Below are positions 39,802 to 49,755 of a DNA stretch of 64,000 nt, piece after piece (the first letter of the stretch is position 1; each line of letters begins with the position of its first letter). The DNA is from Spirochaetota bacterium (GTDB lineage: Bacteria; Spirochaetota; UBA4802; UBA5550). The stretch covers positions 320,001 through 384,000 of the forward strand of contig OY760686.1 in the NCBI GenBank assembly GCA_963663865.1, given 5' to 3'. The notes beneath the pieces were generated by a model. It saw only the letters and a program-made list of their open reading frames with translations. It ran no database searches and had not been told where the DNA came from. The translations under genes were made by a program, and so were the position numbers.

Positions 39802-40289
39802 AAAAGACCATTACAATGGGGGCAGTTTTCCTGGCCACTTTAGCTCTTGATATCTTTACCAAGTATATGGTCGTTTACAGCCTTGGAAGAGGAAACAGAC
39901 TCGACTATGCCGGCGGGTTTTTCAGAATAAACCTTGTTTATAACGAAGGCGGTGTTTTTGGTATTCTTCAGGGATACAAGACGCTTTTTCTGGTGGTTTC
40001 AGTTTGTGTTCTTGTTTTAATGCTTGTTTACTACTATCTCGAAAATAATAAAACCTGGCTTTTCAGCATATCAATGTCGCTTGTAATTTCCGGCGCGATT
40101 GGTAATATTATTGATAGACTTGTTCCGGGCAGGGCCGGAGTCGTTGATTTTATCTCGGTAGGCGTGGACGGTGTTTACAGGTGGCCTTCATTCAATATCG
40201 CGGATTCGTGCATTGTTGTTGGGGCAGCGTTTCTTGTTGTTGTTTTTTACCAGCAGGAAAAGGCCCGTAAAAAAGCACAACAGCATTAA
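39798..40289 (+). CDS. lspA: Lipoprotein signal peptidase II
   Basis: YNEGGVFG, GAIGNIIDR, VVDFI, WPSFNIADS; overlaps the ileS stop. Confidence 0.95.
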   Translation: MKKTITMGAVFLATLALDIFTKYMVVYSLGRGNRLDYAGGFFRINLVYNEGGVFGILQGYKTLFLVVSVCVLVLMLVYYYLENNKTWLFSISMSLVISGAIGNIIDRLVPGRAGVVDFISVGVDGVYRWPSFNIADSCIVVGAAFLVVVFYQQEKARKKAQQH

Positions 40290-40303
40290 AATCCGCGATT
40301 TTT

Positions 40304-40393
40304 TCAGGAAGTTATAAAGAGAATAAACAGGACAAGGATTGGTAAAAGAAAATAAGCCCAATCCCACATAAGACGGTTAACGATTTCTTTCAT
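40304..40393 (-). CDS. Unannotated 29-aa single-TM small protein MKEIVNRLMWDWAYFLLPILVLFILFITS
   Basis: ATG 40393 to TGA 40304; GGAG RBS 9 nt upstream; own sigma70-like promoter; below the ORF-track size cutoff. Confidence 0.6.
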   Translation of the reverse strand: MKEIVNRLMWDWAYFLLPILVLFILFITS

Positions 40394-40440
40394 TTTTTTA
40401 AACTCCGAGTTGGTTCCTTCTGCACTTGAAGGATGCGGGG

Positions 40441-40469
40441 AATATAACGCGGAAGAACTCCAAAGTCAA
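40441..40469 (-). promoter_or_regulatory. sigma70 promoter of the 29-aa ORF
   Basis: The - strand reads TTGACT (40469-40464)-17 nt-TATATT (40446-40441). Confidence 0.65.
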
Positions 40470-40510
40470 GAAAAAAACACGCCCGGGCGGGATATAATTA
40501 TTTTTCTATA

Positions 40511-40909
40511 TCAATTATCATCAGAAATTATAATATCTGATGATGTTAAGATTCTGTCCTGATCTGAAATCTGAACAGAGTATTTGCCAGGATTGTAGAA
40601 CGACAGGTCAGTAACAGTAAAGTTATCGCCTTCTTTAACGGTAAGAGTGCTGGTTTCAATGTTTTTTTTAAGCCCGTCTTTTTGGCCAAAGACTTTCAAT
40701 TCAAGGGTTTTCGAGCTGAATGGCTGTCTGGTTTTGATAACGGCTGTCAAATCACCTGTTGAAAAAACAGTTCCACAGTTGACCCCCTTTCCTTCAGGGG
40801 TTATTCCCTCACAGAAGGACAGCTCTCTGTCTTTCTTACACGATATAAAGGCAACGATAAGAACAATTAACGTAAGTGAGGCTTTTCGATTTACGCTTAG
40901 TCTGGTCAT
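40511..40909 (-). CDS. Small lipoprotein, probable Ig-like fold
   Basis: Spirochaete-type lipobox IVAFISCKK; beta-rich body with PGKYSVQI. Confidence 0.65.
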   Translation of the reverse strand: MTRLSVNRKASLTLIVLIVAFISCKKDRELSFCEGITPEGKGVNCGTVFSTGDLTAVIKTRQPFSSKTLELKVFGQKDGLKKNIETSTLTVKEGDNFTVTDLSFYNPGKYSVQISDQDRILTSSDIIISDDN

Positions 40910-40926
40910 GAAAAGAAGAACCTCTC

Positions 40927-42288
40927 TTATTTTTTACACAAAGCTTGATAAAGAGCCTGAAGCGCGATATCAGCCTGATAGTTTTGAACTCCGAAGTGAA
41001 AGCTGAACTGCGCAGGCCCCTGGTCAATAATTTCGATGTTGATATTTTTTTCCTTAAGAGCGGCGGAAGCGGCTGCAATTACTCCCGGGCAGTCTTTCAT
41101 GCCTATGCCAACCGGAGAAAGGAAGGTAATATTGTAGTTTAGTTCTATCTTTTCGGGTTGGAGTTCTTTGAATATAGAATCTTTAAGATCATCCTCAAAC
41201 CCTTTCAGGTCCGATTGGTTGAAAATTACAGAAATATCATCCTTGTCGGTCGGATAGTGATAAGTCTCTATTCCAAAGTCCTTCATTATACGAAGCAGGT
41301 TGCTTACAAAACCGAGTGTCTCACCGGCTCCGTCTTTTTCTATGTAAAGGTAAGCTATGTCATCTCTTCGGGCAATACCGACAACGGTTTCTTCAGGGAT
41401 TCGCTCGGATACAATCATCGTGCCCGGAGCGGACGGATTATTCGTGTTCCTGATGTTGATCGGGATATGTCTTTTTTTGCAGTTAATCATAGCGTCGAAA
41501 TGGAAGATGTTGAAACCTTTTGAAGAAAGAAGGCGAATCTCTTTATATGTAAGCCTTGGAATTACCTCGCAGTCCGGAATAATTCTGGGATCTACCTGAA
41601 AGACTCCATCAGTGTCTGTCCAGTTTTCGTAAAGAGACGCGTTTACAGCATAGGCAACCTCACCTCCTGTAAGGTCCGAGCCTCCTCTGGAAAAAACAGC
41701 AATATCTCCTGATTCTGTCACCCCATAGTAACCGGGAATAACAGATACTTTGTCTGAATCAGCAAGCTTTGCAAAGTTTTTATACGTTGCCGGGATTACG
41801 CGGGCGTTAGAGAAGTTGTCTGTGACCAGAAAGCCCTTTTCTTCCGGAAGTACGAGTTCTGATGGTATGCCCTGTTTGGCGAAGTGGCGGGCTATAATCT
41901 TTGCATTGTAATGTTCGCCTCTGGAGGCATAGAAGTCAGTTTTTTTTGGATCGGGAAGACTTTTTTTTAAATCGTCAGACAGGTCGGCAATAATGTCATT
42001 TCCTTCAATACCAAGATCGTCGATTAGGCGCTTGAATTTGCCAACAACCGCGGTAAAGCTTTCCTCAGGGGTAATGTTCTTCTTCATGTCTCTGAAGTGT
42101 GTGCCGCCAGTGGCTATATTGAAAAGATGGTCGGTTATTTTTTCTCTGTCTGTTTTATCCTTGCCGGGAGCAGAAACAACAATATATTTTCTATTTGGAT
42201 TTGATTTTACAATGTCGGTTACCTTGGAAATCTGTTCAGCGTTTGCGACTGAACTGCCTCCGAATTTTGCAACAATATGCCCTTCCAT
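40927..42288 (-). CDS. lysC: Aspartate kinase
   Basis: VAKFGGSSVA, VVSAPGK, FSRGGSDLTG, YENWTDTDG, NTNNPSAPGT, C-terminal ACT domains. Confidence 0.92.
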   Translation of the reverse strand: MEGHIVAKFGGSSVANAEQISKVTDIVKSNPNRKYIVVSAPGKDKTDREKITDHLFNIATGGTHFRDMKKNITPEESFTAVVGKFKRLIDDLGIEGNDIIADLSDDLKKSLPDPKKTDFYASRGEHYNAKIIARHFAKQGIPSELVLPEEKGFLVTDNFSNARVIPATYKNFAKLADSDKVSVIPGYYGVTESGDIAVFSRGGSDLTGGEVAYAVNASLYENWTDTDGVFQVDPRIIPDCEVIPRLTYKEIRLLSSKGFNIFHFDAMINCKKRHIPINIRNTNNPSAPGTMIVSERIPEETVVGIARRDDIAYLYIEKDGAGETLGFVSNLLRIMKDFGIETYHYPTDKDDISVIFNQSDLKGFEDDLKDSIFKELQPEKIELNYNITFLSPVGIGMKDCPGVIAAASAALKEKNINIEIIDQGPAQFSFHFGVQNYQADIALQALYQALCKK

Positions 42289-42411
42289 CCTGAATCTCCA
42301 TTTTGAATTGATCTTCTACACTATAGCCAGAAAAGTCATTTAGCTTCTGTTTTGCCAGAAATATAGACACTTATAAGATTATCAAGAAAATTATTTTGTA
42401 AAATGACTTAC

Positions 42412-42699
42412 CTATATCAGAGAACCCTGAATATCCTCATCATCATCTATGCTACCGGTTTCCGTATCGACACCGACCTTTACTTTTTTTAAAGATCCGG
42501 ACCTGGTTTTTTGAAGAATCTCAATCTTCTGTTCCGCTTCTTCAAGGCGGGCGTGACAGTAGGCTGCGTGTTTCATCCCTTTTTCGAATTCAATTATAGA
42601 CTCATCGAGACCCAGTTCGGCAGACTCAAGCCTTTCCGCTATTAACTCGAGTTTTTTTAGGGAATCTTCAAATGTTTCGGTCTGTTTTTTCTTTTCCAT
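42412..42699 (-). CDS. xseB: Exodeoxyribonuclease VII small subunit
   Basis: TFEDSLKKLE...LGLDESIIEFEKGM...CHARLEEAEQKI; likely start ATG 42699. Confidence 0.92.
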   Translation of the reverse strand: MEKKKQTETFEDSLKKLELIAERLESAELGLDESIIEFEKGMKHAAYCHARLEEAEQKIEILQKTRSGSLKKVKVGVDTETGSIDDDEDIQGSLI

Positions 42700-42704
42700 T
42701 GCGG

Positions 42705-43985
42705 TTACTCCCTGGTTATTCTGTTTACTGTACATCCAAGGACTCCGTCTGAAAGCCTGACGTCAACGGAATCTCCCGGTGTTGTGCTATTAACGCTTTT
42801 TAATATGCTCCCTTCTCGGCTGACGATAGCGTATCCCCGTTTCATCGTGTTCAGAGGGGAAAGCTTGTCCAATGATTGCAGAGTAAGATTGTATCTATAA
42901 GTGCAATTTTCTAAAACTGTTCTAACAGATTTTGTTAGATCGGGAACAGCTAAAAGGCGGTTTCTGTTTTGCATGATGATATCCTTCATTCCTGAATATA
43001 TTGTCGTTTCCGCGTCTGTGAGCCTTCGGCTTGCTGGTGAAAGAATATCCGCAGGGAATTTAAAAATCCTTCTCGCTAAAACTGAGTTTAGGCGGTTCTC
43101 AAGGCGGGAAATCAGATTATTAAGCGATATATCAATTCTGGCCGACATCATGTTGATGTCATCTAAAAGATCGCGTTTAACCGGGAAAGCAAGCTCAGCT
43201 GCAGCTGATGGTGTAGGCGCGAAGGCGTCTGCGGCATCATCGGTCAGAGGGTGGTCGATCTGATGTCCGACAGCTGAAATTATAGGGACGCCTGATTCCG
43301 CGTATGCCCGGACAACGCCTTCATCATTGAAAGCGAGAAGGTCTTCAAAGGACCCGCCTCCCCGTCCGGCAATTATGAGATCTACACCGTATTCAGGCCT
43401 GTTAAGAACCTCAATGGCCCTTATAATCGCAGAAGGCGCATCATCCCCCTGGACCTTTGCCGGAGCGATAAGGATATGTGCATCAGGGAAACGCTTGAGT
43501 GCGACTTTTATTATGTCCTGAACAGCGGCGCCGGTTGGAGAAGTAACAATCCCGACGGTACGCGGCAAAAAAGGAAGTTCACGCTTTCTGCCCTGATCGA
43601 AAATTCCTTCCAGAAAAAGCTTCTTTCTCAGTTCATCAATTTTTTTCTGTATATCCCCAATTCCCTCCGGCTGAAGAGACTGGATGTTGATATTGTAGGT
43701 CCCTCTTTTTTCAAAGAGGCTAAGACTTCCGAAGGCAAAGACGCTCATTCCGTCTGTAAGCCTGGTTTTAAGAAACCTGTTAGCGAATTTGAAAAAAGTA
43801 GCCTGAATGACCGCATTGTCGTCTTTCAGTGTGAAATAAATGTGACCTGAGGAGTGGTAAGTAAGGTTGGTTATCTCTCCCTTGACCCAAATACTGGAAA
43901 ACTCCGGCGCAGTTTCAAGGCTGCGTTTTATTTCCTTTGTTAAAGCGCTAACCGTGTAATAATTGTTATCGGATAGAGTTATCAT
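42705..43985 (-). CDS. xseA: Exodeoxyribonuclease VII large subunit
   Basis: WVKGEITN, SGHIYFTLKD, VTSPTGAA, RGGGSFEDL, SAVGHQID, APTPSAAAE. Confidence 0.96.
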   Translation of the reverse strand: MITLSDNNYYTVSALTKEIKRSLETAPEFSSIWVKGEITNLTYHSSGHIYFTLKDDNAVIQATFFKFANRFLKTRLTDGMSVFAFGSLSLFEKRGTYNINIQSLQPEGIGDIQKKIDELRKKLFLEGIFDQGRKRELPFLPRTVGIVTSPTGAAVQDIIKVALKRFPDAHILIAPAKVQGDDAPSAIIRAIEVLNRPEYGVDLIIAGRGGGSFEDLLAFNDEGVVRAYAESGVPIISAVGHQIDHPLTDDAADAFAPTPSAAAELAFPVKRDLLDDINMMSARIDISLNNLISRLENRLNSVLARRIFKFPADILSPASRRLTDAETTIYSGMKDIIMQNRNRLLAVPDLTKSVRTVLENCTYRYNLTLQSLDKLSPLNTMKRGYAIVSREGSILKSVNSTTPGDSVDVRLSDGVLGCTVNRITRE

Positions 43986-44028
43986 GACTGTAGGTTGGAA
44001 GAACAGAGGGATTTTGGCAATAACAAAA

Positions 44029-45465
44029 TCAGTACATGGCGCCTACGCCGATTTGGAAACAGATCTCAATATTACTGCTGCTTTTGTAGCCTACTTCTGA
44101 GATGATTTTCTGGTAAAGATACAGATAAGGCATAATCTGTTCATCGATTCTGAGCGTGATTTCTGAGCCCATTGACTGTACGCCGCTGAAAGGAGAACCT
44201 TCAAACCACTTCGAAAAGTTCATGCCGAAAAAGCCCTGCCCGTTTGGCAGAATGGAATACGGGTCTTCATTGTTAATATCCTGAAGATAAAATCTCTGCC
44301 TGTACTCAATAGTGAAAGCCCATGCGAAAGACTTGTTCAGAATAGATATTTTGCCGAGAGAGACGCCGAGCCCAATATCATAAACACCGAAATAATTTGA
44401 CATTACATTATCGTGGTCAAAAAAATAAAAGTCTCTAAAGGAGAAAATGGAGTAGTATTTCAGGTCTCTTTCTGACGAGTAGTAGGCGTATGACATATCG
44501 ATTTTATCCGCGTCCATCGTAATTCCTGTGTGAGACTTTCCATCGTGCGGTAAAAGCCTGGGGTAAATGGAAAGAGAGAACTCGGACTGTTTTTCCCTGT
44601 ATCCGAAAATGAAGCCGGTTTTAAAATCTGACTCCTTGATTTTAAGACCGGAGTTGATTACGCTTTCGTGATGTGAGAGCAGGAAGCCTATCCCCAGACG
44701 GAAACCACCGATAGAATAGACTGATTCAAGGCTCTCTTCATGGGTCAGCAGGTTGGGAGCCATCAAACCGAGCCTCGGGTTGGAAGCGTTCAGAGTAAAA
44801 TTCCAGGCTTCAATGGGAGTGTATCTCGCGTTTAAGCTTTCCGGAAGATCGACAATTAGACCTGTGTCTTTTATGTACTTAAAACTGCTGTCTTCAAAGA
44901 AATAGCCGGTCCTGAAAGAGAAGTCGGCGGATGCGTACAGAACAGCTCTTTTCTCTGGTTTCTTCTCTTCAGCGGATTGCTGACCTTTCTGGCCGGATGA
45001 GTCCTTTTGTAGACCAAGCCTGCTCTCCTTCTCCTGCTGAAGTTTTTTCATATATGCGTCGGAAAGCCATTTAGGGACTTCTTTGTTATCAGGCTGAATT
45101 TTGAGCACCTTTTCTCCGGTGTCAACCGCCTTGATGTAGTCTCCGGTCTGGTAGTAGAGATAACCCAGCTTTTCGCCGGTTATCGCCTGCTGATGATTTC
45201 TTCTGAAAGCTTCTTCGTAGTTTTCAATGGCCTCCTTCACCTTTCCCTGGAGTTCAAGGGCCCATCCTCTGTTGTGATATGCCATTGCGGACGATTTATC
45301 ATATTCAGTGATAGCTTTATCAAAGACGTTTATTGCCTCATCGTAGCGCTTCTGTTTGCCGAGTTCAGCTCCTCTCGTGTTCAATTCGCCCGGTGACTGT
45401 GAGAAGGAAGTCACGGTTGATGTAAGAGTCATGATGATTGCGGTGGCGGATATCAGCTTCAGCAT
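44029..45465 (-). CDS. Exported TPR-repeat protein with probable C-terminal outer-membrane beta-barrel
   Basis: Signal peptide from ATG 45465; TPRs (AYHNRGWALE..., LGYLYYQTGDY); beta-strand-rich C-half ending FQIGVGAMY. Confidence 0.65.
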   Translation of the reverse strand: MLKLISATAIIMTLTSTVTSFSQSPGELNTRGAELGKQKRYDEAINVFDKAITEYDKSSAMAYHNRGWALELQGKVKEAIENYEEAFRRNHQQAITGEKLGYLYYQTGDYIKAVDTGEKVLKIQPDNKEVPKWLSDAYMKKLQQEKESRLGLQKDSSGQKGQQSAEEKKPEKRAVLYASADFSFRTGYFFEDSSFKYIKDTGLIVDLPESLNARYTPIEAWNFTLNASNPRLGLMAPNLLTHEESLESVYSIGGFRLGIGFLLSHHESVINSGLKIKESDFKTGFIFGYREKQSEFSLSIYPRLLPHDGKSHTGITMDADKIDMSYAYYSSERDLKYYSIFSFRDFYFFDHDNVMSNYFGVYDIGLGVSLGKISILNKSFAWAFTIEYRQRFYLQDINNEDPYSILPNGQGFFGMNFSKWFEGSPFSGVQSMGSEITLRIDEQIMPYLYLYQKIISEVGYKSSSNIEICFQIGVGAMY

Positions 45466-45694
45466 ATTATTCTCTTGGATAAAGATTTTTACCTGATGAT
45501 TATCTCTCAAAGAAACAGGAACTGTCTTTAATGTGTTTACGGAGTTCAACTTCGTATGAATTAAATATAGACATTCCAATTTTACTCTAGAGTAAGAGTA
45601 ATCGTTATAATGCACAATACATTTCTCTTATTTTCGGCAAAATCTGTTGACTAATTCAATATAAAAGGGTGAATTATATCGGGAGATATCTACT

Positions 45695-46213
45695 ATGTCC
45701 AGGCTTTCAATGCGCGCAATTCTGGGAGATATAACGCTCCAGGATACTGATGCTATAGTCAATGCGGCGAATACCTCGCTGCTTGGAGGCGGCGGAGTTG
45801 ACGGCGCTATTCACAGGGCTGCCGGAAAAGGACTCCTGGACGAATGCAGAAGACTTGGCGGATGTCCTGCCGGGGAGGCGAGAATTACCGGCGCTTACAA
45901 TCTCAAGTGCCGCTATGTGATACATACACCCGGCCCGGTTTACCGGGGAGGCAGTTTAGGAGAAGAGGCCATTCTAAAGTCCTCTTATGTTAACTCCATG
46001 AATCTGGTCATGCGCCACTCTCTCAGGTCGGTTTCTTTCCCCGCTATTTCTACAGGGGTTTATGCTTATCCGAAGGCGGAGGCATGTGACATTGCAATTG
46101 AGACTGTTGCGGGTTTTATTCTTGAGAATAATTATGACGTTGAAGTTTATTTTGTTCTATTTGACAGGGAATCATACGGTCTGTATCTGGAAAAGTTAAA
46201 ATCAGTAATGTGA
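45695..46213 (+). CDS. Macrodomain O-acetyl-ADP-ribose deacetylase (YmdB-like)
   Basis: GDIT, DAIVNAAN, GGGGVDGAIHRAAG, FPAISTGVYAYP. Confidence 0.93.
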   Translation: MSRLSMRAILGDITLQDTDAIVNAANTSLLGGGGVDGAIHRAAGKGLLDECRRLGGCPAGEARITGAYNLKCRYVIHTPGPVYRGGSLGEEAILKSSYVNSMNLVMRHSLRSVSFPAISTGVYAYPKAEACDIAIETVAGFILENNYDVEVYFVLFDRESYGLYLEKLKSVM

Positions 46214-46239
46214 AAATTGTATAAGGATTGGACGGAAAA

Positions 46240-47079
46240 ATGAATTATATCGAATTGTTAAAAGAATCGGCCAGAAAAAGCGGCAGCATTGTCTGTCTTG
46301 GACTGGATCCGATTGTTGAAGAAATACCTGAGTCAGGTATGCCGGGAGAAGCAATCCTGAGATTCTACGAAAATATCCTCAATAAGATAATAAGCAGAGG
46401 AATTTTTCCCGGCGCGGCTAAGCCGAACTTTGCCTTTTACTCGAGGTACGGGTTTGAAGGTCTGGAGTCAATGTTGAAGATTATCGAACTGTACCGTGAA
46501 GCGGGAATTCCGGTTATTCTTGACGTTAAGCGCGGGGATATCGGGAAAACCGCAGAGGCTTACGCGGATGAGTCTTTTGGTTTTTACGGCGCCGATGCTG
46601 TTACTCTTTCACCATACATGGGGTTTGACTCGGTTGAACCTTTTATGACGAAGTATCCCGGGAAGGGGTACTACGTTCTCACCAAGACGTCAAACAGCAG
46701 CTCGGGAGAGATACAGGATATCAGCTGCGGGAAATCAAAGCTGTACAGGTATGTTGCTGAAAAGATTATTGACTGGTATGCTCCGGGAATAGGCTCGGTT
46801 GTCGGAGCAACCTATCCGGGTCAGCTTGCTGAAATCTCTGAAGTCTTTACGGCTTCCGGCAGGGAAATCCCTCTTCTGATTCCGGGGGTAGGAACTCAGG
46901 GTGGCAGCCTCGCGGAGGTAATGAAAGCGCTTAAAGCCTGCCCTGATTTTACAATACACAGAATTAACTCTTCAAGCGCGATTAATTACGCTTACAAAAA
47001 GAAACCCGGCATGGGGTACGCGGAGGCTGCTGTAGAGGCGCTTGACTCTCTTAACACGGAAATAGGCGGATATGCTTGA
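46240..47079 (+). CDS. pyrF: Orotidine-5'-phosphate decarboxylase
   Basis: CLGLDP, KPNFAFY, ILDVKRGDIGKT, TLSPYMG, VVGAT, LIPGVGTQGG. Confidence 0.94.
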   Translation: MNYIELLKESARKSGSIVCLGLDPIVEEIPESGMPGEAILRFYENILNKIISRGIFPGAAKPNFAFYSRYGFEGLESMLKIIELYREAGIPVILDVKRGDIGKTAEAYADESFGFYGADAVTLSPYMGFDSVEPFMTKYPGKGYYVLTKTSNSSSGEIQDISCGKSKLYRYVAEKIIDWYAPGIGSVVGATYPGQLAEISEVFTASGREIPLLIPGVGTQGGSLAEVMKALKACPDFTIHRINSSSAINYAYKKKPGMGYAEAAVEALDSLNTEIGGYA

Positions 47080-49238
47080 TAAATCTTTTCAATGAAAACC
47101 GCAATATCGTCCTTGTTCTTGCCATAGATGAGGCAATTATAAATGGAATAAAGGAAGCTTTAACGTCCGAGTGGTCTCTTCAGTTCGCAGCCAGCATGGC
47201 TGAGGCTCTTGCGGTAATTACCATTCGGCAGCCCTCGCTTATTATTTCCGAGCTTAACGGCAACAGCAGTGACTGCATTGAGCTTTTGACAAGGCTGCGT
47301 GGGTCTGCGAAGAACAGCTTTATGCCTTTTATTGTGATAGCTGCAGATAACACACTTGCCGTAAGACTGGAGGTTATCGAGAAAGGGGCCGATGCATATC
47401 TCTCAGTTCCGTTTGCTCCTGAAGAGCTGAAGGTCCTTGTAAGGTCTAAAGTAAAGTCTTTCAAGGATTTTTATCTTTTATCTATTACGGATGAGCTTAC
47501 AAGATTGTACAACAGACGGGAGCTTCTAAAAAAATTCAATGAAGAGATTGATTCGAATGAGTTTGAATATATAAGTCTTGCGATTATCGATATTGACTAT
47601 TTTAAACAGATAAACGATGTTTACGGCCATCAGACCGGCGATGCTGTTTTGAAAAAATTAGCCTCAATCTTAATAGATAAAATGGCCCGGAGTTTTTTCC
47701 CTGCCCGATTTGGTGGAGAAGAGTTTGTTGTAATAATGCCGGGCTTGAAGGCAAAGGAAGCCCGGGACGCCATATTGGACATACTGAAGAACTTTGCGAA
47801 AACAGAGTTTTCAGGCGACAGAGGAATTTTTCATGTGACCTTCAGCGGAGGTATAGCTGAATATCCAGCGATGGCTTCAAATATATCGGAGCTGCTTTCG
47901 CGCGCTGACAGGGCACTTTATGCAGCGAAAGAGGACGGGCGCAACCGAATTTATCAGTACACTCCAATAATGGGAAGAAATGATTCCTTCTGGGAATATC
48001 TGCGTATAGCAAGGGGGAGCTTTGTTGATTCAAGGGGGCATGATTCCATTACCGGGCTTCCGTACATCCCGCTTCTTCTTGAAAATATGTCGCAGCTTCC
48101 ATACACAATCAAATGCGTAGGTGTCCTTTTTCTTCGTTTCTCTCATCTGTTCGATTTGGACCTTTTTGCCGGTGAGAGATGTATAGGATATGATATTGAG
48201 AATATAGGGCATATAATTGAGAAGGCAAGCAGTCTTATTTTCCCTACAGACACCTTTGCTGGTATTTCCGATCTATATGAGAACGAGTTTGTGTTGCTCT
48301 ACCCCAGCCCGGTAGATTTCACAATGAATTATTTGAAGTTTGAAGAGATATGCAGTGAAATATGCGTTACTGTTGAGTTCTCAATATTCGATTATCCTTT
48401 TCAGGCGGCTTGTTCACAGGGAATAATATACTATAACGAATCTGATCCGAGAGAGATTCTTCAGGCAATTAAAAAGCAGAGGAAAGGCATAGTCACTCAG
48501 ACGGACAGATGGGCACGCTTTGAACACTTGAAAACACTGTTTGTTCCCGGTGAGAAGAAACGGGTTAATACAGGCATTATAAAGCCCATTTACTATCATT
48601 CGCTGGCTGAGGGCTTCAGTCAGGAGTTTACAGGGCTTTCGCTGTCCGCGGAAGATGCCCGCCCCTACATGCTTGAAGGAATTCTGAACAGCACGTTAAA
48701 GGATGAAGCAATTCTCAGGTGTTTCTTTGCTGGTCTGAGGGATGAGGTGAAGGGTGAAATCAAAGGCACTCTGCTGTTGCCATATCTTGAGGGTATAAGG
48801 CTTGACTATTTTCTTGATGCAGTTCTTGAGTTTTTCCCAGACGAACAGATTGCAGTTTTGTTCAATGAAAAGCTGGTTTCTAAAAAGGGCCCTGAGCTTT
48901 TCATGGAAATTGAGCAGAGACAGAATCCTCGTTTAAAGGGCGGAATTGACAACTGCTATATTGGCAACAGCATTCTCAGCGTCCTTTCCGCGTACGATGT
49001 TGGAGTTGTGCTTTTCGCTGAAAGCGCTACCAGAAACCTTAACCGTTACAAGGATAGAATCAAGGTCATTCGAGGCCTGACTGTTTTTCTTGAGCAGCTC
49101 TCGATTCCACGCATTGTGAAGAATATCCACTTTGAAGAGGATCTCTCTGTAGCCTATGGACTCAGAATGAGCCATGGGGCTGGAAGATATATTTACGAAA
49201 ATGGGGCTCCCGGTTCAGCCACAACAGTTAAGTTTTAA
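47076..49238 (+). CDS. Receiver-like - GGDEF diguanylate cyclase - degenerate GGDEF/EAL protein
   Basis: TDELTRLYNRR, DIDYFKQINDVYGHQTGD, RFGGEEF, ADRALYAAKEDGRN; second DSITGLP segment; EAL-like tail lacking the catalytic motifs. Confidence 0.8.
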   Translation: MINLFNENRNIVLVLAIDEAIINGIKEALTSEWSLQFAASMAEALAVITIRQPSLIISELNGNSSDCIELLTRLRGSAKNSFMPFIVIAADNTLAVRLEVIEKGADAYLSVPFAPEELKVLVRSKVKSFKDFYLLSITDELTRLYNRRELLKKFNEEIDSNEFEYISLAIIDIDYFKQINDVYGHQTGDAVLKKLASILIDKMARSFFPARFGGEEFVVIMPGLKAKEARDAILDILKNFAKTEFSGDRGIFHVTFSGGIAEYPAMASNISELLSRADRALYAAKEDGRNRIYQYTPIMGRNDSFWEYLRIARGSFVDSRGHDSITGLPYIPLLLENMSQLPYTIKCVGVLFLRFSHLFDLDLFAGERCIGYDIENIGHIIEKASSLIFPTDTFAGISDLYENEFVLLYPSPVDFTMNYLKFEEICSEICVTVEFSIFDYPFQAACSQGIIYYNESDPREILQAIKKQRKGIVTQTDRWARFEHLKTLFVPGEKKRVNTGIIKPIYYHSLAEGFSQEFTGLSLSAEDARPYMLEGILNSTLKDEAILRCFFAGLRDEVKGEIKGTLLLPYLEGIRLDYFLDAVLEFFPDEQIAVLFNEKLVSKKGPELFMEIEQRQNPRLKGGIDNCYIGNSILSVLSAYDVGVVLFAESATRNLNRYKDRIKVIRGLTVFLEQLSIPRIVKNIHFEEDLSVAYGLRMSHGAGRYIYENGAPGSATTVKF

Positions 49239-49755
49239 TCTTCAATTCTTTCGCATAAATCCGCCGCATATCAAGAAAAAAATCAGTATAGCTTTTTTGC
49301 ATGTAGTCGGGATAGGTCCACGGCCAGAAAAGGTATTCACCGGAGCTGTAGCGGTATTCGCTTTCGAGGTAAACTCCGTCCCTGAGGTATATGCGGTGGC
49401 TGTAGTCCTTGCATGATGCAAGAAAAACATTGGCCAGAGTCATGTAGCCGGGGTCAATATTTACTTTTCTTTTTCCGGAATTTGAAGAGGCAAGCTCAAT
49501 TTTATTAGCAGTAAGCTTGGCTGACACAATGCTTTCGCGGTCGATAAGCTTCTGGAAGGATACAAATCTTCTGAAAAGAGGATATCCTATTTCCCTGTAG
49601 TAACCTGTGTTGGCGAAAGGGATTTCGGAGCTCTCAAGGTCAATATTACCGAAAACGAGGACAAGAGCAGAGACCGATTCGATATATATATCTGAAGTGG
49701 GATAAAGAAGCCCAGTGAACAGCTTTGCCGGTTGCGGAAAAAGGGGCTCAGCCAT
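49228..49755 (-). CDS. DUF4416 family protein
   Basis: YYREIG..L.RRFVSF, KLTANKIE, RKVNIDPGY, KDYSHRIYLRDG, PWTYPDY. Confidence 0.8.
   Translation of the reverse strand: MAEPLFPQPAKLFTGLLYPTSDIYIESVSALVLVFGNIDLESSEIPFANTGYYREIGYPLFRRFVSFQKLIDRESIVSAKLTANKIELASSNSGKRKVNIDPGYMTLANVFLASCKDYSHRIYLRDGVYLESEYRYSSGEYLFWPWTYPDYMQKSYTDFFLDMRRIYAKELKIKT

Noticed and set aside
42289-42411. Lysine riboswitch before aspartate kinase
   Set aside because: About 120 bp gap, too short, with no recognisable L-box motifs.
45695-46213. Macrodomain as DarG antitoxin or defence gene
   Set aside because: Stand-alone YmdB-type sequence with no DarT or other toxin neighbour.
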